A stretch of DNA of 64,000 bases from Minutocellus sp. GHC0000111 (lineage: Eukaryota), in the NCBI GenBank assembly GCA_977018835.1, contig OZ361258.1:3348001-3412000 (forward strand), written 5' to 3'. Below, one piece after another: positions 14,001 through 28,464 of this stretch (position 1 is its first letter; each line of letters opens with the position of its first letter). Below the pieces are notes generated by a model, which was not told the DNA's origin, searched no databases, and was given only the letters and a program-made list of their open reading frames with translations. The position numbers were made by a program, and so were the translations under genes.

Positions 14001-15443
14001 ATTGTCGATGATCATGCACCGTCGGGCGACCTGATGTTCTTCCACTGTTCCGATTTGCAGGCACCATCCGCGGCAGATGAAGGTGAAACAAAAGATGATG
14101 CGACGGAGGATGGGGGCGGTGACGATGCCAACAAGCCGGCCAGTAAAACCCCTCCCGCTGCCAAGATCAAGATATCCAAGGGCGACGAGGTCAAATTCGA
14201 CATTGTCATTGATGCCAAAACGGGCAAGCAGATTGCAAAACGCGTCGAAGTTTTGCCCCGAGGGTCTCTTGGTTTGCCAGAAGTTAACAAGCAAGGCCGT
14301 TCTGAGGCCAACCTTTGCCGAGGCATCATCCTCATGGAGCCTTCTCACACCTCATTGGGAAATACTCCGTCTCGCAAGCCAATGGGCTTATCCAAAACAG
14401 CTGCCGCCGAGGGTGGTCGATGGGCCAACCCTGATGCCAAGGCAGGAAAGGAAGGTGAGGCAGGTGCCTCTGGCCTTGAGCAGGGGCGTGTATTATTGTT
14501 GGAAGATCCCGCTGGATTGTTTGCCATTCGCGAGGATAGCAAAACTGATGCCGACGGAGGCGCCGAAACAGAAGAAGAAGAAGAGGCCAATGCTAAGCCT
14601 CCTCCCCGTATTATGTCCGCCGTTGGAACCCATGTAACGTACACGAATACCTCTGCCGGTATGACGAGCGCAAGTGTTGATCGCACCCGAGCTCCTCGCC
14701 GAGGAGACCTCGTAATCTTTGCCGCCGGCAAGAAGAAGGGAGGTGTCGGGATCAGCTCGGTGAGCAACATTCGGGTTACCAAACCCGTCGGTGCGACCAT
14801 TATCCGAGGTAACCTGAGTGATATCAACAAGGAGAACAAAGAAGCAGTCTTTCAAGCGTCTACTGCGGGGAAAGAGCGATATTCAATGAAATTCGGTGAG
14901 GTCGTCAGTTGCGACCCATCGATTCTCAAGGTCGGTGAAGACGTTGAGGGCATTCTGCATGACGGCAATATCTTTGGTGGTAAGTCGACAAATGTAGTGG
15001 TTTGGCTGCTCTCCCTTAGCATGTGATGGATTCTATTTGCTTGTTATCGCGTTTCACCTTCTCCCTTCTCTAACCTTTTTCCATGTACGCAAAACCTCCC
15101 TTTTCTATACACAACAGTCTGCAGAACCAAGGATCTCTACCTTACCTCCAAGGTCACCGCCGCTGGTGCTCGGCAACGTCCCAAGCTCAACCTCACGGTA
15201 AAGAAGGAGCTGAAGGACGGCCTGGGTGGCCAAATCATGGCACAATCGGGGATGGCCAAAGGACCCGATGGAACTTGTGGTTTTGTCGATGGCTGGACCA
15301 AGCGCAAGAGTCCCTATGCCCCTCCGCCGACGGAGGAGGAGATACTCGCAGCCGAGGCCGGTGACGACAACGCCGGCGGTGAAGCTGCGGCTGAGGTGAC
15401 GCTGAATGTTGCCGCAGCCGAGTTCAATCCGCATGCCATGTAA
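11085..15443 (+). CDS. CSDE1/UNR-like multi-cold-shock-domain RNA-binding protein
   Basis: Four FGFI/YGFI...F(F)H-type CSD motifs. Intron 14980-15117 adds a C-terminus with SUZ-C-like AKGPDGTCGF and PAM2-like LNVAAAEFNP. Confidence 0.85.
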
Positions 15444-15825
15444 AGAAGCTTTGAAATAGTCTTCTGGAATGAGTGGTATTCCGGTACATGCCATGTACGT
15501 AGTGCTCGGCATCGGATTCTATGTATCGCACTCATGTATTATTTCATTCATGCAGCCAACATGGTAAAAGTTCTACACATAGTTATAACCTACATAGCTA
15601 CGTGAATATTCAAAGCAATCTTATAAGTGTCAGCTGCACTTGATCTATCACATGCAGTGCAATTGAACTTTATAGTTTCTCATGGCTATACTCTCGCTTG
15701 TTCGATGGAGGCCGTCGGCCGGTTCGACGAAGCTATTACACATGCATATAACATTAAACGCAGTTGTATGTTGCCCACTGTACAAACAAATCTAATTTGT
15801 TATATATCTATCACCACTATCTAGT

Positions 15826-16613
<788 letters not shown>

Positions 16614-17441
16614 GGTTGCGTGCTTTTATTTGACCTTCACTAGTAACAGCGGTAGACGTGCTGGTTCCCAAAAAGTGACTCGGAGGCGGTGAAATTGACA
16701 AAGGGTTATGTGCAAAAAGTATATTGGTTTTAGTAAAGGGATAACCCTTTTATTTTTATGTTCGATTAGAATATCATTGAGATAATCGACATAATACGGG
16801 TATTTCCTTTTTTATTCCCTTCCATTCCACAATGGTTACTGCTTGCGACTTACTTCGTGCTTTCCGGGTTATATACCCCGCTCATAACCTGATAAAGCGC
16901 TGGAAAATTTTCCCTGCTTTCACTCTCGTATCAACGAAGTCAATCGAATGTGAGTTGGGAAGAACGAACGACGGCGGAAGGAACGCTGGGAGAAACAAAT
17001 GCAAGATCGGTGCTGACGACGGAGGGAAGAGTCTTGCTGCTTGCTGCTTGCAGCGCTGCACGTTTGCCTGCGAGTCGATGTTTCGTCGGCGGTGATCAGC
17101 ACGATGCCATCGACTGAGAAGGCAGGTTATGAGGTCAGGAAGGGCAAAGCAAGGCAAGCTGCATGCATGCACTCTGCCCAGTCAAAGCAAAGCGCGCATC
17201 ATGCAAGTTACAGCGGAGAAGCGCCTGGTCCTGTTCGTGACGTGCTAAGCATGTGCTTCTGCGTATCTCAAGTACCGGTGCGGCTCTGATTCGATTTGGT
17301 CTGGCTCGGACGACGGCTTGCTTTTCCAACACATATCATGCTGTTTTCGTCGTACAGTTTTTGCTCACATATCGAACTCTCTTCTCTCTCCCACCTTTCT
17401 CACAAACAGTTTTAGTAATCAGCAAGAACTAGATAGCAAAT

Positions 17442-18096
17442 ATGACCGTCGCGGGAAAGATGCGTCAATACCAGGTCGTCGGCAGGCACATGCCCACCGA
17501 CGATCACCCCAACCCCGAGGCTTACCGGATGATCATCTTCGCCCCCAACCCGGTCATCGCCAAGTCCAAGTTCTGGTACTACCTCCACCAGTTCCGCAAG
17601 ATGAAGAAGACCACCGGTGAGATCCTCGACTGCGCCGAGATCACCGAGAAGAACTCTCGCATCGTCAAGAACTACGGCATCTGGCTCCGTTACGACTCCC
17701 GCTCCGGCACCCACAACATGTACCGCGAGTTCCGTGACCTCACCCTCACCGGTGCCGTCTCCCAGCTGTACGACGAGATGGCCGGCCGTCACCGTTGCCG
17801 TCCCCGATCGATCCAGATCATCCGCACCGCCACCCTCGGCGCCAAGGACCTCCGCCGCACCAACGGCATGCAGTTCGCCAAGCGCAACGTCAAGTTCCCC
17901 CTCCCCCACCGTGTCGATTCCGCCAAGCGCGGACAGAAGGCTCTGTCCGACCGCACGTTCACTACTGTCAGGTAAGATTCGTGCAACCGAGTCCTCATCT
18001 TAATATTGTCTGTTTATTTCTTTTCATATGCAAAACTCTAACCATTTCGTTCTGAATTTATTTGATACTCGCAGGCCCACTACGTACTTCAACTAG
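17442..18096 (+). CDS. RPL18A: 60S ribosomal protein L18a (eL20)
   Basis: MRQYQVVGR, AKSKFWY and NYGIWLRYDSRSGTHNMYREFRD motifs. Intron 17972-18074 gives the RPTTYFN* end. Confidence 0.95.
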
Positions 18097-19253
18097 ATTT
18101 CCCCTTATTTGGGCATATAATAAACTAGCTCAAGTGTTGTGACAATAAAGATAAGCAATATTGATACATATTTCGCCATATTTTACATGTTTCCGCCCGA
18201 GGATTACAATTGCGAGTGCGAAGAAGCCATCCGCTGCGAGACCAGACAGTTGCGAAAAGCAGGTTATACACAGAGATGTTAGCAGTGGGTACGTTGCTTA
18301 CAGATGAATAGAAATGGGGTCTCTCAAGCGCCCTCCCTCCGATGCTTGCTGCAATTTCTTGAAATATATTTCTATTGGCCGGTTGTTAATGACTCCGAAT
18401 GACTGTGGCTACGTAGCTAGAGTAGTTACCGCCGAGGATTTCTCTATTCAATTTTCTTTCTCAATTCAATTTTCTTTCGATTGATTGCTATCCCTCGCAT
18501 CCACAGTAATGAACACAAATGCATGGCGTGATATGTGGCGGTGCAACATGCGCAAAATGACATGTATTCAATTCTCACACAATCATGATTCCAGAGCGTG
18601 TTTACATTTTACCCCTTGAGTTGATTCACGCAAAGTCATCTCTTTTGATTCGGCGTCCAACGAAGGAGGAGCTGGATACCTGTTAACGAGTGGAGGTTGA
18701 TACCATTGTGTTCCGTACTTTGCCAAGGAAAAAATTATGAGCATACCAATAAGCAAAGGAATCTACATGTGTTATTATAAGCCCTACATAAATTCTCTAC
18801 CCATCTCTTTATTATTAAAACTAGATAGCGCATGAGATAATCCTTCTCGCTTTCTTTTCCATTGTTGAGAACGGATGGCAAAATCGTGTAGTCTTGTATT
18901 GTTGTATGTTATCATCAACATGAAATGAACGCAAAAGAATGTATCTTTCTGGTGAAAAGTGAATGAACGAGGTTCCCCGGAGCCCTGGTTTGTTGGAAAT
19001 CGATAATAGTATGGTAGCGACCTCTATTGCCATTCTCTTCAAAAGATAGTTCCTCTTTCTCATTCTTTGGGTGCGTGTGCGAAGTGGATGTGGTTTGAGT
19101 CATTCCTTCCCTTCATTCGGGAGCGTCGGTGTGGTGCAATGTTGTGTGGTTATCCGAAGTGATGGCATTGTGCAATATGAATTCTTATGAGTGTGCAAAT
19201 GATTGACTGGATGCTTGAAGTAGTGATCCTGCTGAAAGAGAGTATCACAACCC

Positions 19254-21652
19254 TTACATTCCGGTGCCTCCCTTCCTGGGACCGTTCCCGGCCGAAGAAT
19301 CCGGTGGGTTCGAAGGACTGCCCGGGGTCGCAGCCTTACCGTCCTCGGCGTCGAACTTGGCGGCAATAAGGCGAGTTCTGGCATCGTAGTAGTTATTCAG
19401 AGCATCAGAGTAGCTCTTGTTGGGGCCGTCGTTGGGGGTTCCGGCGGAAGCGGGTGGACCGAGAGGGTGGGTAATGAGGCCAGAAGATGCTGCCAAGGCC
19501 AGGGCGGGATTGTGATGGACGCCACCAGGGGGGCGTGCCGGCAAAAGCGGAGAGGACATCGCGGAGGCTGCACGCAACTGCTGCTGCTGCAGCTGTTGCT
19601 GCTGAATGGCACGGAGCCGGTGTTCTTCCAGCTGGCGTTCCTGCTTGATTCTCTCCAGATACATCCGCTCGTGCTCAATTTCCAGCTGCTGCTGAAGGCG
19701 CAGCTGTTGCTCGAGAAGGCTCGTCGAGGATTGAGCAGGCTGAGGATGAGTAGGGGGAAGAGAAGGTTGAAGCATCCCAGGCATACCGCCGGGATAGACA
19801 CCAGCGCCAGCAGCGATGGCACCAGCGGCGGCAGTCGGGCGGAGGAATGGCGATCCACCCGTAGAGGCCGCGGAATACGCAGCAGCTGCAAGTGCCGCCT
19901 GGGTCTGGAGACGACCCTTCTCATCACGGATGCGGCGAAGGTGCTCAAGCTCGCCTATTAGTTCCCTGGCTGCCACGTTGGCAGCCTGCGAAACTAATCC
20001 TGGGGGTACACCGGCAATAACTCCAGCACCTGGCATCGATGAGGCAGCGGCAATGGGCGCAGGCCCAACAGATGCGCCTGTGACAGTTGCCGTGCTTCCC
20101 GCTGCAGTAGAAGGCATACCGGCAGGGATCGAAGCAACCGAGGGTACTCCTCGACTCCTTCTGCCGGCCTTCTTCTTGTAGGGAGGATCGACAAGCCCAG
20201 CCTTCCTCATCTCCCGTTCCTTCTCCAGCTCGGCCTGGCGCTGGGAGATCTGGGCCGAGGTCATCCCCTCCAAGCCCTGAGCCCGGCGGGGGTCGATGCC
20301 GGCCGCGGCGGCAGCCTGCCGCTCCTCGTCGGTGGCACGGAGTCCACCGTCGCCCTTCATCTTGGTGCATAGGTCGGGATTGTCCCGCTGGAAGAGGTGG
20401 TGGCAGTACGCGACGGCCGCGACGGAACCCCGGGTAGTGATGCGCTTGAAGCCTGGTTGCATGGTGGTGTTGGAAGGAAGGGAGGGGGCAGATGGGAAGG
20501 GTTAGCAATTTGTCTAAAATGTACAACCCACAAAAGAAAATAAATACCGCACTTGGATGCGAACTTACCCCACCGATTGAGCTTCCTGGTGAAGCTCTCG
20601 AACTTGGCAATTCTGTTGCCAAAGTATCGGCCCATGACGAGAGGACCAAAGATGCCGGGATTGGGATTGGCAATGACGAAGGACTGCCCGTCGGGCATCC
20701 ACGAGATGACCTCCTGACATTCCGGATCGGACAGGATCATCATGAGCTTCTGGGCAAAGGTCGGCTTGCGCGGCACCGCCTTCCGACGGCGCTTCTTGGG
20801 ACTTGTGCCGCTGGTGCTGGCGGTAATGGTTGAGGAGGGGACAGGGAAGGAACCGGTAGTGGCAGATGCAGGTGGATATAGCGGTGCAGGCGGTGCAATG
20901 GTGGTATTGGCGGTATTGGCCGAAGCCGTGGCCATTCCCGTTGCCATGGTGGAGATTGGAGCCACCGCGGCGTTGGTGAGGGCGGTGGCAGCCAGACCCT
21001 CGAGGCCGCCATTGGGCATGGGGGCAGTGCCAGTAGCAGTAGCACGGGCGGCGGAAGAATGGTAAGAGGAGGCAGGACCGTTGGCATTAACAGTTGTGCC
21101 CGCGACACCGACCGAGCCGCTGCTGCTATTGCTCCTAGCCGCTGCCGTCGTTGATGTCGTGGATGTGGTTCCACTAATCTCGGTCTCGGTCTCGGCCTCG
21201 GCGTCGGTGGCCTTGCGCTTCCGAGGAAGAGGAGGAGAAGAAGAAGAAGAAGAGGGAGATACCTCCTTCATTTTGCCCTCCGCGTGATCGTCATCGGTAG
21301 TGTTCTTCTTGCCTTCGCAGCCGTCGTCGTCGTCCTCGTCGGGCGAGTCGGACGCCACCTGCAGCAAATACAGAAGCTTCTCCCGATCCTCCTTGTCCTT
21401 TTGGGCTTGCTTGCTCTTGTCCGTCACGCTGGCGTCGCCCCCCTCCTCCTTCTTGTTGTTGGCATCGTCGTCGGCGGCGGAACTGCCATCCTCGTCCTCG
21501 CCCGACTTGCGCCGGGCCTGGTCCGCCGGCAGGACGGCCTTATTGGGTGCCGCAGTCGCCTCCGGTTCGGCCGGAGGAGGTTGGGCCTGCCGAGCAGCCG
21601 ACCCCTCGGCACCGGCACCGGCGGGGACATCCCTCGCGTCGTCCGTGCTCAT
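19254..21652 (-). CDS. Heat shock factor (HSF)-type DNA-binding transcription factor
   Basis: TFAQKLM...ISWMPDGQSFVI...KFESFTRKLNRWGFKRI...YCHHLFQRD, joined by intron 20453-20568. Gln/Ala-rich C-terminus. Confidence 0.9.
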
Positions 21653-22949
21653 ATGAATTTGTGGACCAAAAAGTCTACTCGGTGTACTCTATGGAGCTAC
21701 AGTAGTGCCTCAATCTGTGCTTCGCTTGCTTGCAGCACTTCGATTCGATTCAAGATTCGATTCGAATGGATGAATCGAATCGGGCAATGAGTACGGCAAA
21801 AGAGAGAGAGAGAGCGGTGATCAAACCCAACCGAAGAAGCTCCTCGAAAATACGTAGCTTGGCTGTTGTTTAGGCCTTGGTTGTTCTTTCTTTTTTTGTC
21901 CTTTTTGGAATTGAATTGAATTGAATTGGTGTGTGGGTCGAACGACAAAGTAGAGCAAGGCTGTGCGTCCCTTCAGTCGAGCACCGTCAGAACGCAATGG
22001 GAATGCGTGTGGCTCTGATGGAAGAAAAGAACACTGCACAAAAAAGAACACTGCACGCACAAAAAGGAACACTGCACTTTGGGTTCTTTATGTATAATAT
22101 GTGGTCGTATAATATGTGCGTGAGGCAAAACGTTCGTGCTTGACGGAGGGGAGTGGGTGGGTGATTGCCCGTTGTATTGCTTGCTATGCTGAGTAGAAGT
22201 GGCGCGGATGGGATCGTACAGTTGTGTGCTTTCGCTTTTGTGGCAAATAGGCGAATTGTGCGAATTGGGGCAATAATTAATTGCAGAACACACTGGCGGG
22301 AGCGCCGGGAGCAACAGGCGTGGCGTGAAGAACAAGAAACACGCTGGCGGGAATGAAGGCCACAAGAAACGGTGAGCAAGAATGACGTCAGAAAATATCA
22401 TTCTGTCATCACAAAGAAGAAAATTTCATTTTCAGCATTTATTTGTGTACATGGACATCTGTCCATCGGGAGATGAAAAAGGGACTTTGTGTACATAAAT
22501 TTCAGGCCATTCTCTGTGTAAACTTCAATGATTCCAGATGACGTCCAGCGGAAGGACATGTTATTTGGTCCCGATTTTTGGTCGAGGGCCGGACCGGCAC
22601 ATCACGTGATCGTGAGAGTGAGAGGCGAGGCGCAGGGGTACCCATTCCTTGTGCCAGTGCGTGAGTGCAAAGATACTGCGTATAGTACCGCCCGGGAGAT
22701 TGGACCGCTCCCTCCTTGACCATATAGATCTATCACTCGCATCGATCAAGTTATTTCGTGCTTGTTCGTTCGTATCGTGAGGGTGAGGGTGTATTGAAAA
22801 ATTAAAAAACATACTACATAACGTGCCGATCGATTGATCGGTTGGAACCCCCGCGCCGCATTCCGCAGCCCCAATACAATCACCGCCATCAGTTTAATTG
22901 AAGCGCCAACACCCATCATTCCCAAATTAAAACTTTTTACAAAACAATA

Positions 22950-25402
22950 ATGTCCGGCCATCATTCATCGATGAGCAGTCCGTCCTCCAATTCCCAGCAC
23001 CAGCAACTCCCGCCGGGAACGAACGACGACCTCGAAACCGAGGGGGCGCACGCCAGCCCGGCGCCGCATCCGCAGCCCGACCCGCTCGTCCCCGGCGGCA
23101 CGACGCTGGTGCCCGGCACGGCCCCCTCCCTCGCCCTCGCGCGCTCCCTTCCCCTCCCGACCGACGCATTGTCGACCATCTCCCCCCTCGACCTGTTCAC
23201 CACCCAAATCAGCACCTTTAGCTCCGAGGCGCGGGTCGATGCCATGCGCCGGTTGTCCGTCGTGGCCGCCGCCATGGGCACCGACGACACTTTGTCGACC
23301 CTCCTGCCGTACCTGGCGACCAACGTGGCCATGAACGAGGACGAGGAAGATGAAGTGCTGCTCCTGCTGGCCGATCAGCTGGGCAACTTGGTCCCCGGCC
23401 TAATTCCCGGGAGTCGGGCCCTGCCGGTCCTGCCGCTGTTGGAGCGGATCGCCGGCGTCGAGGAGACCGTTGTGAGGGAGAAGGCGGTGGAGAGCATCAA
23501 CAAGATTGTCCCCTGTTTGAGTTGCAAGGTTGGCGGCACTGGTGGTGAGGCTGGTGGTGTAGGAGGTGGTGCTGGGGGTGGGGACGAGCCCGACGCCATC
23601 ATGGCCGACGCGGACGGCGGAGATGGTTCATCCTCCCAGCAGCCCAGCCACACCCAAACTCCGACCCTCCTCCTCGCCATGGCCAAGCGGCTGAGCGGGG
23701 CCGACTGGTTCACCGCCAAGGTATCCGCGGCGGGGATCCTCCCCATCGTCTACCGGTACTTCACCGACCTCCACAACGCCCAGGTGGCCGCCGGGATTCA
23801 TCCCGGCGCCGATGCCGACGACGATGCCGACCCCAGCAGTACAGCCGCACCCGGCCCCAAACCCTCCGACGCCCACCGGGAGCTCCGCGCCCTGTACAAG
23901 GAATTGTCGCAGGACGAGGCCCCCACGGTCCGCCGCAGCGCCGCCCGCCACCTCGCCGCCTTTGTCGAATCGTGCGCCGCCCTCCCCCGCACGGCCTACG
24001 AGCTGTCCACCTCCCCCACGGGTCCCAACACGGCCAACCCCCCGACCATCACGCCCGACATCCGCAAGGTGATTCTGGACGAGCTGGTCCCCATCTACCA
24101 AGCGTTGGGGACCGACGAGCAAGACTCGGTTAGATTGTTGGCCGTCAGTGCCAGTGGAAGTGTCGGGTATGCGTTGGGGGTCGATCCGGAATTGACCAGC
24201 GAGTTGGTCTTCCCCGTCGTCCGAGGTGGTTGCCAGGATCTCAGTTGGTGAGTGTTCTTCTGTGAAATATTGACGTTATGGAACGTTTTGGGACATATCC
24301 ATCCGAATGATATACGCATCAATGAGCCCAACTAATGCTTTTTCATCTTGTGATCTTGATTCTCTTATACGACAGGCGAGTCCGCAACAACCTCTCCAAG
24401 GAGTTTGCCACCGTCGCCTCCTCCCTCGGATTTACCGACGCGAAATACGAATCGCAGCAAGTCGAGGTCTTCCGCCTCTTCTCCTCGTTGCTGCAGGACA
24501 ACGAGGCCGAGGTCCGGTCGGTCGCCGTCGACTCCGTGGCGCGGATGGCCCAGCTGGGCGGGCCGGACCTGTTCCAGGCCCACATCACCCCCGCCCTGCC
24601 GTCCCTGGCCGAGGATCCCGTCATGGAGGTCCGGTCCAAGCTGGCCCACGCCATTATGGACTGCTGCGACGAGACCACCTGCGCCATCCTGACCGATCGG
24701 GTGGTTCTGCAAGACTTTAAGCCGCTGTTGGAAAATTTCCTCATTGACGAATTTGCCGAAGTCCAGCTCCGCGTCCTGACCAAGCTGTCGCGAGTATCGC
24801 ACCTCCTCGCCCGGATGGACACCGTCGTCGGGTCCATCCTGGCCATGGCCAAGGCGACCAACTGGCGGGTGCGGGATGCCGTCAGCCGTCTGCTCCCCCA
24901 CCTGGCCGAGGCGCGGGGCATCTCGTTCTTTGAGGACCATCTGCTCGAACTGTGGATGAAGCTGCTGCAGGATCAGGTGGCCGAGGTCCGATTCGGGTGC
25001 ATCTCGGGCATGCCCAAGCTGCTGAGCGTGGCCGGACTGGAGTGGGTCCAGAAGGAGATTTTGCCGCGGTACCTGGCGTTGTATGAGGGCAGCTCGTCGT
25101 ACCTGACCCGCATCACGGTTCTGCGGAGCTTTGCCGAGCTGGTCCACGATGGCGGGGCCAACGGCCACAGCCTGCTGGAGGAGGTGCTGAACCTCATCCT
25201 CAAGGGTTTGGAGGACAAGGTGGCCAACGTCCGGATGGTCGCCGCGCAGGGCTTGGCCAAGATTCTGGCCGAGGGTGGAAAGGATGCCGGCGAGGCCATA
25301 TGGGATGCCAAGGTCCAGCCGGCGCTGAGTGCGCGGGTGACGGAGGACGACGACGACGATTGCAAGTTCTTTGCCCAAATAGCGCTCGATGCGTGTGCAT
25401 GA
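22950..25402 (+). CDS. PPP2R1A: PP2A 65 kDa scaffold (A) subunit, HEAT repeats
   Basis: EDEVLLLLA, VEETVVREKAVES, DWFTAKVSA, DEQDSVRLLAV, SWRVR (intron 24248-24375), NWRVR and DKVANVR. Confidence 0.93.
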
Positions 25403-25570
25403 TTATGCATGTGTATCTATGACGAAAGGAAGCAAGAGTGCGGTATATATGTTTTGGGGCCTTTCCCTGTTGCGCTATGAAGAATCCGACCTCTATGAAT
25501 TCATTATCGAAAGCAGTGATGTAAGCATTAGAAATTGGATAGAATTCCTTTTATGTACAAGCTTGCAATT

Positions 25571-26614
25571 CTAATAAACATCTCCCCAGTTGAGGCCCAA
25601 TTCATCAAGGAATTTCCACTTTGGCTCGATTTCATAAAATTCACTCGGACTATTGCAGCATTCCCCAAATAATTCAGCATAATCGACGTCGACTATTGAG
25701 CACTGCTGCCATTCCGGCCGCTCTATCGAGCTAACGATGTTCATTCTCCGTCTCGTTGCTCCACTGCATTCGGCGAAGCCCATTCGTCCAGAACCCGGGC
25801 CGTCCTCAAGCTCACAGTGAGCCTCTTCGCAGACAGCAGAGGTAACGCTACCGTCTGCAACATGGTAGTTATTGGCAGTATCCATTAGTTGAGACTGCAA
25901 AAAGATAAAGGCGCAGTTCTTCTTCGTGCATTCGATAGCACGAGTCCAACACTTGGCGCACTCTCCTTGAAACGTAATCGGCGGTTGCTCGAGGCATGAC
26001 GTGACGGCCTCTTGTCCTCCCAGTAAAGACTTCTTGGCACATCGAGCCGACTCGGCAGCGAGATAATTTCGAGTTGCCCATTCGATCCGTAGGTTCTCCC
26101 ACGTCGAGCAGGCCCCGCACGCTCCGCAATGAAGGACCTTGTAACCAGCCTCATGTGCGGCATCTTTGTTGCTAAAGGTTCTGATGTTCGACGCTGGGCC
26201 TCTATCGTCGAAGGCGCAAACTTCCCCTTCAGTAAAGCCAGAATAGAGCTGTCGCTGTACCGTTTCGAGAAGTCGAAATGTCCGATCGGCCTGATGCTTC
26301 GCACCGATGTGAACCACAAGCAGAAAGAGGCAGCCCACAAAGAATATTCCTACAATGAGCACTCCGAGTATCTTCTTCAAACTCCTAGAATGTGACTTCA
26401 TTTTATCCGATTTTCTACTCTTGCGATGCTGACCCTTGCTCTTTCGTGACGATGATGAAATGTTGCGCTCAAGACTGTGATTTGCTTCAGCGGTGATTTC
26501 AATGGGGCACTCCAGGTCGATATCTTCAAAGTCAGAATGTGACGAAGAAGATACATCACTGATATCAGTGGACCACGTGTCGATAGTACACGTTGAGCTG
26601 GTACGAGGAAGCAT
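25571..26614 (-). CDS. Single-pass membrane protein with Cys-rich extracellular domain, function unknown
   Basis: 347-aa ORF, one TM (ILGVLIVGIFFVGCLFLLVV), HCGACGACSTW and CSGATRRRM motifs. Confidence 0.7.
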   Translation of the reverse strand: MLPRTSSTCTIDTWSTDISDVSSSSHSDFEDIDLECPIEITAEANHSLERNISSSSRKSKGQHRKSRKSDKMKSHSRSLKKILGVLIVGIFFVGCLFLLVVHIGAKHQADRTFRLLETVQRQLYSGFTEGEVCAFDDRGPASNIRTFSNKDAAHEAGYKVLHCGACGACSTWENLRIEWATRNYLAAESARCAKKSLLGGQEAVTSCLEQPPITFQGECAKCWTRAIECTKKNCAFIFLQSQLMDTANNYHVADGSVTSAVCEEAHCELEDGPGSGRMGFAECSGATRRRMNIVSSIERPEWQQCSIVDVDYAELFGECCNSPSEFYEIEPKWKFLDELGLNWGDVY

Positions 26615-27269
26615 TGCACACTGTGTGTTTCTTTGATCTCTGGATATTGAGTGTGTTTGTGAGTTGTTGTTGATTTGTGAGCCACCTCATCTTTGCGCTG
26701 ATAGAGTACAGCCGATTCGGACATGATGCGAAGCAGGGCAAGACATCTTCAGTCCCCGCCAGCAAAACACGAGCAAAATTGTAGGGAAGAACAATCAGTG
26801 ATGAGTGCCCTTTATCACCGGGAAAGCGCTGCATTCGCGCCTGGTTTCACATATACCATTGGTGTGCCTTGGGGAGTATATGCAGTAGCAAGCGGCCACC
26901 CGCTATCATCATGCTCGCATCTTCAGATCTGTCTCATTTATTTCGTATCTTTGCAGATAATTCGTCGGTCATGTCATGTGTCGAATCCCAAAGTTTCCGG
27001 GTTCCTTCACCCAACATTATGCTAATGCTATCACATCACATCATCCAACCGTCACTCCACCATATGACTGGCTGAATGTCTTGGGGAGCAAGGAACGATA
27101 CTACTGTGCTCACGATTGTACTAGATAACTAACAACGACCTCTCGTGATCAGCCTGATAAAGTCAAGCCGGAAAAGAAGAGCCAAAGAGTTCGAGTAAAA
27201 TGAACGATTCTACTGCTGGGCAATCCCCTACAAACGATGAGATTTCTACGTGCACTACCAACGGATAAT

Positions 27270-27905
27270 TAAGCACTGCATAAAAAACTATCCCGACGCC
27301 TCTCGACCATGGGGGACGCCGCCGCTCCGCCGCGCCACCACCGTCGCTGCCACCACCGTCGCTGCCACCGCCTATCAAGGCAACACACGCAAAGCATGCC
27401 TCTCTGCTGAGTGGCCATGATGGGCGAGAGCGGTCGCATTTGTTTTGGCCCAGCACACGAAGAAACATCAGGTGCCAACATGAGCTCGACGGCGGCCGAC
27501 GGCGGCACCGTTGCAAATGCCGCCGCCGACCTTCTTGGAGAGGGCTGCACCGCTGGTTGGTCGCCAACACTCTGTGTGCTCTGTCTGAGGGTCGAAATGT
27601 GCCATGAGGATGCATGTGGGGATGGTCTAGTGTCGACGCGTCGAAGCTTCCGAGGCAGCTGAGCCGGCACTGCCGCAGAGAACCCATCGCTCCGTGAAAG
27701 ACTGCACGCACTGACATCTTTGCGACAAATCTGAACGCTTTTTGTCGCCTTTCCGGCACTCAGCGCAACGGTCACAACCAACACATCGCAACCTGGCAAG
27801 GCCAGGGCGAAACAGGCCAATGTCTTCGCATGCACCTGTTGTTCCGACAGGATGCGGGAGGAGCCAGATGGAACGCTGGCGGTTTCTTTCGGCAGTCGTT
27901 CACAT
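27270..27905. repeat. TpA-depleted, probably repeat-derived relic
   Basis: Only one TA dinucleotide between 27375 and 27904, rich in TG/CA, no credible ORF. Short tandem repeat (ccaccaccgtcgctg)x2 near 27335-27370. Confidence 0.45.
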
Positions 27906-28464
27906 AGCCGCGCCAACTGGCCCCAACGGGATCGGATGAGCCCCGACCTGCCGCCACCGACGTTGCCGCTCTCGTGCTAACCCTGGTTCTTCTCCTCTCA
28001 TCTCAGTTTTCGTTTGTTTCTATCGTTTTGAAGGATCTCAGTCCGAGATCGCTTTGAAGCTCCCACCACACCCCGCCCGGAGTGAGAAATCGAACATCAC
28101 ACAATCGAAATTCGATTCAAGACTTTGAGGGGGCAAGCAGAAGCTACTCAGCGCCTCGACTCTTGGCAACCACACACATACATGCAAATATGTACTAAAG
28201 TAGATCGATCTATAGAAGTAGATCAGACTTGTCTACGATTACTAACGGTGTTAGAACCTCCAAGTCGACAGAGCAAACACTACAGAAGTGAAGAAAGACA
28301 AGCAGAGACATAGAGCGGGTTATGGGAACCATTAGCAGGCGAAGCTAGTTCAAAAATGGTCTGTCCGTCGTCAGATAGAAACGTACAGTTGCCCAGCGGT
28401 AGATTCGGCGGCAGGGCCGAACGTCGCAACGCCGGCAACGTCTGGTCGCCGACCAGCACCTGCT

